Source: Clostridiales bacterium
Lineage (GTDB): Bacteria > Bacillota > Clostridia > Lachnospirales > Lachnospiraceae
DNA: 64,000 nt
Assembly (NCBI GenBank): GCA_021202015.1
Contig: JAJQDV010000032.1
Coordinates: 20,463 to 84,462 of the forward strand
Reading direction: 5' to 3'
Positions 59,110 to 64,000 of the stretch are shown here, piece after piece (within the stretch, counting starts at the first letter, position 1; every line of letters starts with the position of its first letter). The notes beneath the pieces are model-generated. The model searched no databases. It was given only the letters and a program-made list of their open reading frames with translations, and was not told the origin of the DNA. A program made the translations under genes and the position numbers.

Positions 59110-59898
59110 ATGCGAGTTGATTTGTTTTCAATTGGAAATTTTACGATTCATACCTATGGCCTGATGATCGCGATCGGTATCGTTCTGGCTGTGATCGTTG
59201 GCATGAAGCGGGCGCCGAAAAAGGATCTGGTCAGCGAAGAGGTTTTAAACGTCGCGATTGTCTGCGTGGTGTTCGGTTTCATCGGAGCCAAGCTGCTGTT
59301 TGTTCTGGAGAATTTCAGAGAGTTCCTGGAAAGTCCGCTGTCTGTCATCGGTTCGTCCGGATTTGTGGTATACGGCGGCATTGTGATCGGACTGGTCTGC
59401 GTATTCATCTACTGCAGGCTGATCAAAAAGATCAGTTTTCTGCGCTATATCGACCTGATTTTTCCGGAGCTGTCACTGGCGCAGGCCTTCGGGCGGCTCG
59501 GGTGTTTCTTCGCGGGCTGCTGCTACGGACATGAGACGGACGCCTGGTGGGGCGTGGTATTTCCGGAGGGGAGTTTTGCGCCTTCAGGTGTTGCGTTGAT
59601 TCCGACACAGCTCATCTCATCGGCCGGAGATTTCGCGATCATGATCATACTGATGCTCTACAGCAAAAGAGCGAAAAAGGTGGGCGATGTGGCGGCTCTT
59701 TACCTGTTGCTTTACGGAATCGGGCGATTTTTTGTGGAGTTCCTGCGGGAGAATACGCAGGGGTGGTTCGGTCCGCTCACGACGGCGCAGTTTACATCCG
59801 TGCTTTTCGTTGCGGCGGCGATTATTTTCTTCATCCGGAACCGGGTGTCGCGGCATTCGGAGAACTATGAGGAAAAGATCCATTCGATCTGGTTATGA
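59110..59898 (+). CDS. lgt: Prolipoprotein diacylglyceryl transferase
   Basis: TYGLMIAIG, YGGI, AFGRLGCFFAGCCYG, PTQL, RFFVEFLR. Confidence 0.92.
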   Translation: MRVDLFSIGNFTIHTYGLMIAIGIVLAVIVGMKRAPKKDLVSEEVLNVAIVCVVFGFIGAKLLFVLENFREFLESPLSVIGSSGFVVYGGIVIGLVCVFIYCRLIKKISFLRYIDLIFPELSLAQAFGRLGCFFAGCCYGHETDAWWGVVFPEGSFAPSGVALIPTQLISSAGDFAIMIILMLYSKRAKKVGDVAALYLLLYGIGRFFVEFLRENTQGWFGPLTTAQFTSVLFVAAAIIFFIRNRVSRHSENYEEKIHSIWL

Positions 59899-59985
59899 TT
59901 CTATACCTTTTTGATTTCCGCGCGAAGCGCATGGGTTTACGAGTGCCTGGAAGGTATGAAATTTTGAGTGAAGGAGAATCCCCCT

Positions 59986-61059
59986 TTGATTAAAAAAGCA
60001 CTGATCGCCATGAGCGGCGGCGTGGATTCCGGCGTGGCGGCCTTTTTGATGAAGGAAGCCGGTTATGACTGCATCGGCGTGACGATGAAGCTTTTTGCGA
60101 ATGAGGACGCCGGTCTGCCGCGGGAGCACAGCTGCTGTTCCCTGGATGACGTGGAAGATGCGAGAAGCGTCGCGTTTTCGCTGAGCATGCCGCATTATGT
60201 ATTCAACTTTACCGACCGATTTCGCGAGACTGTGATCGACGGTTTTATCGACGCGTATGAGAACGGCAGGACGCCGAATCCGTGTATTGACTGCAACCGC
60301 TATCTGAAATTTGAAAAACTGTTTCAGCGGGCAAAGGAACTGTCCTGCGACTTTGTGGTGACCGGACATTACGCGAGGATCGAACATGATGAAAACACCG
60401 GTCGGTTTCTTCTGAAAAAGGGGCTGGACCACACGAAGGATCAGAGCTACGTGCTCTATTCCATGACGCAGGAACAGCTGGCGCATGTACAGTTTCCGCT
60501 CGGATGTCTGCGAAAAACAGAGGTGCGGCGGATTGCCGAAGCACACGGATTTATCAATGCCGGAAAGCATGACAGCCAGGACATCTGTTTTGTACAGAAT
60601 GGCAAATACAGTGATTTTATCGAGTCCTACACCGGAAAACACTACCCGGAGGGTGATTTTATCGACCGGGACGGCCATGTGCTCGGAAGACATAAAGGGA
60701 TTATCCGCTATACTATAGGGCAGAGAAAAGGTTTGGGCATTGCATTTTCAGAGCCTCTGTATGTGGTGAACGTCAATCTCCTGGACAATACCGTAACGCT
60801 CGGCACGAACGAGGAATTGTTTTCCACAGAACTGACAGCGAAGGATATCAATCTGATTTCCACGGAGCGGCTGGATGAGCCGATGCGTGTGAAGGCAAAG
60901 GTACGCTATCGTCATACAGAGCAGTGGGCGACGGCGGAGCAGCTGGATGCCGATACGATTCGGGTCGTATTTGATGAACCGCAGCGGGCGATCACGGCCG
61001 GACAGGCTGTGGTGCTATATGACGGGGATGTTGTTGTCGGAGGCGGCACGATCTGTTAG
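59986..61059 (+). CDS. mnmA: tRNA 2-thiouridine(34) synthase
   Basis: AMSGGVDS, TPNPCIDCN, TGHYAR, KDQSY, DSQDICF, TIGQRKGL, AGQAVVLY; TTG start after AAGGAG. Confidence 0.97.
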   Translation: MIKKALIAMSGGVDSGVAAFLMKEAGYDCIGVTMKLFANEDAGLPREHSCCSLDDVEDARSVAFSLSMPHYVFNFTDRFRETVIDGFIDAYENGRTPNPCIDCNRYLKFEKLFQRAKELSCDFVVTGHYARIEHDENTGRFLLKKGLDHTKDQSYVLYSMTQEQLAHVQFPLGCLRKTEVRRIAEAHGFINAGKHDSQDICFVQNGKYSDFIESYTGKHYPEGDFIDRDGHVLGRHKGIIRYTIGQRKGLGIAFSEPLYVVNVNLLDNTVTLGTNEELFSTELTAKDINLISTERLDEPMRVKAKVRYRHTEQWATAEQLDADTIRVVFDEPQRAITAGQAVVLYDGDVVVGGGTIC

Positions 61060-61224
61060 GCACTTATTAATGATTTTATGCAAAAATGTCAAATTTCTAT
61101 TCCGGTTTACCCGGGTTAGATGTTTATTGACGATTTTTTCCTACTTTGTGCAGGAAATATTGGACGGCAGGGACTTTGCGCATGATCTTTTATCTCTGGT
61201 ATCATTCACATGCCGGAGACGATT

Positions 61225-61336
61225 ACGGACGACGAGCAGAAAAGCTGAGGAATCGTCCGTAGATGATAGAGCAGCCAACGGACGAAAAGCAGAAGAACTG
61301 AGGAATCGTCCGTAGGTAATGGGGCAGCCAACGGAC
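61225..61336 (+). repeat. 53-bp tandem repeat (about 2.1 units), each unit with an internal ACGGACGA/TCGTCCGT inverted repeat
   Basis: Units at 61225-61277, 61278-61330 and a partial unit at 61331. Confidence 0.85.
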
Positions 61337-61408
61337 AATGCAGGCAGGAAATAACAATACATATGAGACGGAAGTGCGGCATCACATGAAGAGCGGGAAT
61401 CAGAAGTA

Positions 61409-62605
61409 ATGAATATAGAAGATAAATTAATTCGAGAGCATAAATTAAACCGGGAAGAGTACATCGAGCTCCTACAGCAGTTTGAACAGGAAAATGTCGG
61501 TAACAGTACAGGGAACAGTTCGCAGCAGAGCCTTTTGAGGCAACCTGCAGAAAGCATCGACAGAGCCGGGACAAAGAACAAAGTCGGGACAAAGGACAGA
61601 GCCGGGATAAAGGACAGAGCCGCGAGCAGCGAACAAAAAACCCTCGCAAAGTGCCTGGCCAACGAAGCCGTGCGCCTGCGGCAGGAAATCTACGGCACGG
61701 ACGTCTACGTCCGCGGACTGATCGAGTTTACGAACATCTGTAAGAATGACTGCCTGTACTGCGGCATCCGCAGAAGCAATCCGAATATTGAGCGCTACCG
61801 TCTGACGAAGGAGGAGATCCTTTCCTGCTGTGAGAACGGATATGAACTGGGCTACCGTACCTTTGTCCTGCAGGGCGGGGAGGACGGATACTACACGGAT
61901 GAGCGCATGACCGATATCGTAAGTACGATCCGCAGAATGTGGCCTGACTGCGCGATCACCCTCTCGGTGGGAGAGCGCTCTTACGAGAGTTATAAGCTGC
62001 TGAAGGAGGCGGGCGCCGACCGTTATCTGCTGCGTCATGAGACCGCCAATCCGGAGCATTACCGCATGCTTCATCCGGCGGCGCTGAGCCATGCGAACCG
62101 GATGAAGTGCCTGCAAAATCTCCGCAGCCTCGGCTATCAGGTGGGCGCGGGTTTTATGGTCGGAAGTCCGTATCAGACGACAGAGCATCTGGCGGAGGAT
62201 CTCGTGTTTTTACAGGAGTTCCGTCCGGAGATGGTCGGGATCGGGCCTTTCATTCCGCATCACGATACGCAGTTCGCCGATCATCCGGCCGGCAGTGTGA
62301 AACTTACGCTGTTTCTGCTCTCGGTCATCCGGATCATGCTGCCGTATGTCCTGCTTCCGGCGACCACGGCGCTCGGAACGATGGATCCGCTCGGCAGGGA
62401 GAAGGGGATGCTCGCCGGGGCGAACGTCGTCATGCCGAATCTGTCCCCGGTGAAAAACAGGAAGCAGTATGAACTGTATGACAATAAGATCTGCACCGGA
62501 GAGGAGGCCGCGGAGTGCCGCGGCTGTCTGGCGCATCGGATGAATACGGTGGGATATCAGCTGGTCTCCGACCGCGGCGACTGCAGACCGGTTCGGAGAG
62601 CGTGA
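61409..62605 (+). CDS. hydE: [FeFe]-hydrogenase H-cluster radical SAM maturase HydE, with low-complexity N-terminal insertion
   Basis: RGLIEFTNICKNDCLYCGIR, LRHETA, GPFIPH, LPATTALG, GANVVMPN, YELYDNKIC. Confidence 0.9.
   Translation: MNIEDKLIREHKLNREEYIELLQQFEQENVGNSTGNSSQQSLLRQPAESIDRAGTKNKVGTKDRAGIKDRAASSEQKTLAKCLANEAVRLRQEIYGTDVYVRGLIEFTNICKNDCLYCGIRRSNPNIERYRLTKEEILSCCENGYELGYRTFVLQGGEDGYYTDERMTDIVSTIRRMWPDCAITLSVGERSYESYKLLKEAGADRYLLRHETANPEHYRMLHPAALSHANRMKCLQNLRSLGYQVGAGFMVGSPYQTTEHLAEDLVFLQEFRPEMVGIGPFIPHHDTQFADHPAGSVKLTLFLLSVIRIMLPYVLLPATTALGTMDPLGREKGMLAGANVVMPNLSPVKNRKQYELYDNKICTGEEAAECRGCLAHRMNTVGYQLVSDRGDCRPVRRA
61559..61622 (+). repeat. 18-bp in-frame tandem repeat (about 3.5 units) inside hydE
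   Basis: GACAGAGCCGGGACAAAG-type units encoding DRAGTK/NKVGTK/DRAGIK. Confidence 0.85.
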
Positions 62606-62681
62606 AACCCGGCTCCCGGTTTCGCAGATTATTGAGGGTCGGACTCACAGAGCTTAGAAGTTCAGAAAGGAAAACAGGAGG

Positions 62682-63650
62682 ATGAGTACAAACATAAATC
62701 AGAAGGGTCCCGTTCAGGACGCGGATCTGATCGTCCGCGCGATCCTGGAGGATTATCAGCTGGGAAGGCATATTGATAAAAAGGATGATTTTTTTGATAT
62801 GCCGAGCAAGGAAGTGATCATTGAGATTATCAGTAAGTTGATGAAGATCGTCTATCCCGGTTACTTCCGCGACCGCACATATAAAAGCTACAATTCGGCA
62901 AACCATCTGGCGACGCTGATCGAGGATGTGATGTACCGCCTGCATGCACAGATTGTGAAAGTCGGCAAGTTTTCTCCCGATTTTGAGAACGTATGCCGCG
63001 AGAAAATAGAGCATGAGTCCTATCGTATCACGGTGGAGTTTCTGAACCGGATTCCGAAGATCCGCGCCTATCTGGAGGAGGATCTGGAGGCGGCGCTGGA
63101 GGGAGACCCGGCGGCGAAAACCTATGACGAGGTCATTTTGTCCTATCCTGGTCTGTACGCGATCACGGTCAACCGTCTGGCGCATGAACTGTTTTTGCTG
63201 AAGGTGCCGCTCATCCCGCGCATTATGACGGAGCATGCCCACAGTCTGACCGGTATTGATATCCATCCGGGTGCGACGATCGGACACCATTTCTTTATCG
63301 ATCACGGAACCGGTATTGTCGTCGGTGAGACGACGATGATCGGGGATAACGTTAAGATTTACCAGGGCGTGACGCTCGGCGCGCTGTCGACACGCGGCGG
63401 GCAGAAGCTGCGCGATGTGAGGAGACATCCCACGATCGAGGACAACGTGACCATCTACGCCGGGGCGTCCATCCTTGGCGGCGATACCGTGATCGGGCAT
63501 GACTCCGTCATCGGCAGCAACGCCTTTATCACAAAATCCATCCCGGCGGGAACCCGGGTCAGCATCCGGCAGCAGGAACTGAATTTTTCCGGAAGTTCGA
63601 AAACCGGTGAAAACGATCTTACGGATGATACCTGGTTCTATATCATTTGA
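62682..63650 (+). CDS. cysE: Serine O-acetyltransferase (long EpsC-type)
   Basis: GDPAA, YPGLYAI..RLAHEL, TGIDIHPGATIG, FIDHGTGIVVGET, YQGVTLG, RHPTIED. Confidence 0.92.
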   Translation: MSTNINQKGPVQDADLIVRAILEDYQLGRHIDKKDDFFDMPSKEVIIEIISKLMKIVYPGYFRDRTYKSYNSANHLATLIEDVMYRLHAQIVKVGKFSPDFENVCREKIEHESYRITVEFLNRIPKIRAYLEEDLEAALEGDPAAKTYDEVILSYPGLYAITVNRLAHELFLLKVPLIPRIMTEHAHSLTGIDIHPGATIGHHFFIDHGTGIVVGETTMIGDNVKIYQGVTLGALSTRGGQKLRDVRRHPTIEDNVTIYAGASILGGDTVIGHDSVIGSNAFITKSIPAGTRVSIRQQELNFSGSSKTGENDLTDDTWFYII

Positions 63651-63779
63651 TGATACCAGGAGTAGTTTTTACGGAGCAATCCGCAGGTATCATCATTTGC
63701 AGGGACTTCTGCTTCCAACATTCTGATGACCCCGGGAAAAAAGATTCTGACAGAGGATAATTAAAAAAGGGAATCATAT

Positions 63780-64000
63780 ATGGAGAGAAACCTGACTACC
63801 GGCAGTGTTTTAAAAACTGTCATTTATTTTTCGCTGCCCTATCTGCTCTCGTACTTTTTGCAGACATTGTACGGCATGGCGGATCTGTTTATCATCGGAC
63901 AATTTAACGGCGTGGAGAGCACGACGGCGGTTTCGGTCGGCAGTCAGGTCATGCATATGATCACGGTGATGATCGTGGGGCTTGCCATGGGTACGACGGT
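63780..64000 (+). CDS. MATE-family efflux transporter (3'-truncated by window edge)
   Basis: MERNLTTGSVLKTVIYFSLPYLLSYFLQTLYGMADLFIIGQF. Confidence 0.85.
   Translation, partial: MERNLTTGSVLKTVIYFSLPYLLSYFLQTLYGMADLFIIGQFNGVESTTAVSVGSQVMHMITVMIVGLAMGTT

Noticed and set aside
59900-59940. GCGCGAAGCGC mini-hairpin between lgt and mnmA as a further repeat copy
   Set aside because: Only the short loop motif is shared, which is too little to assign to the element family.
61225-61336. Mini CRISPR array
   Set aside because: The units are similar along their whole length with no unique spacers, and there are no cas genes.

Overview
This is a chromosomal segment of an anaerobic Clostridia-class Firmicute, most likely Lachnospiraceae-like (SCIFF/ranthipeptide locus, fused secDF, EF-G paralogue, hydE). 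Bases 1-22.4 kb form a sulfur-metabolism island. It opens with metK followed by an apparently co-transcribed Group IV nitrogenase-like operon: NifH-like, an unannotated 42-aa four-Cys ORF, NifD-like and NifK-like subunits with an asymmetric Cys pattern, an FMN split-barrel protein, an SsuA-type lipoprotein, a CysA-type ATPase, a CX8CX2C radical SAM enzyme and an SsuC-type permease. An Rrf2 regulator, a DUF2318/HMA pair, a GshA + Ntn-amidohydrolase + GCS2 triad, LysR/MATE, and a MetY-TusA-Trx-ThiS-ThiF-JAB sulfur-carrier cluster with no sulfite reductase in the window follow. The rest is mostly housekeeping (fabH, scfAB, secDF, ychF, nrdR, rpiB, efp, cobT, bioB, tcdA, pheST, queA, tRNA-Val(GAC), tyrA, fusA2, leuS, lgt, mnmA, hydE, cysE). 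It is interrupted by a collapsed cryptic prophage remnant (about 37.9-42.8 kb) and an orphan partner-switching module. A dispersed 128-144 bp multi-hairpin intergenic element with compensatory base changes occurs three times in full and once as a truncated inverted copy that supplies the stop codon of the NifK-like gene. All family assignments come from motif recognition by eye; no database searches were run.
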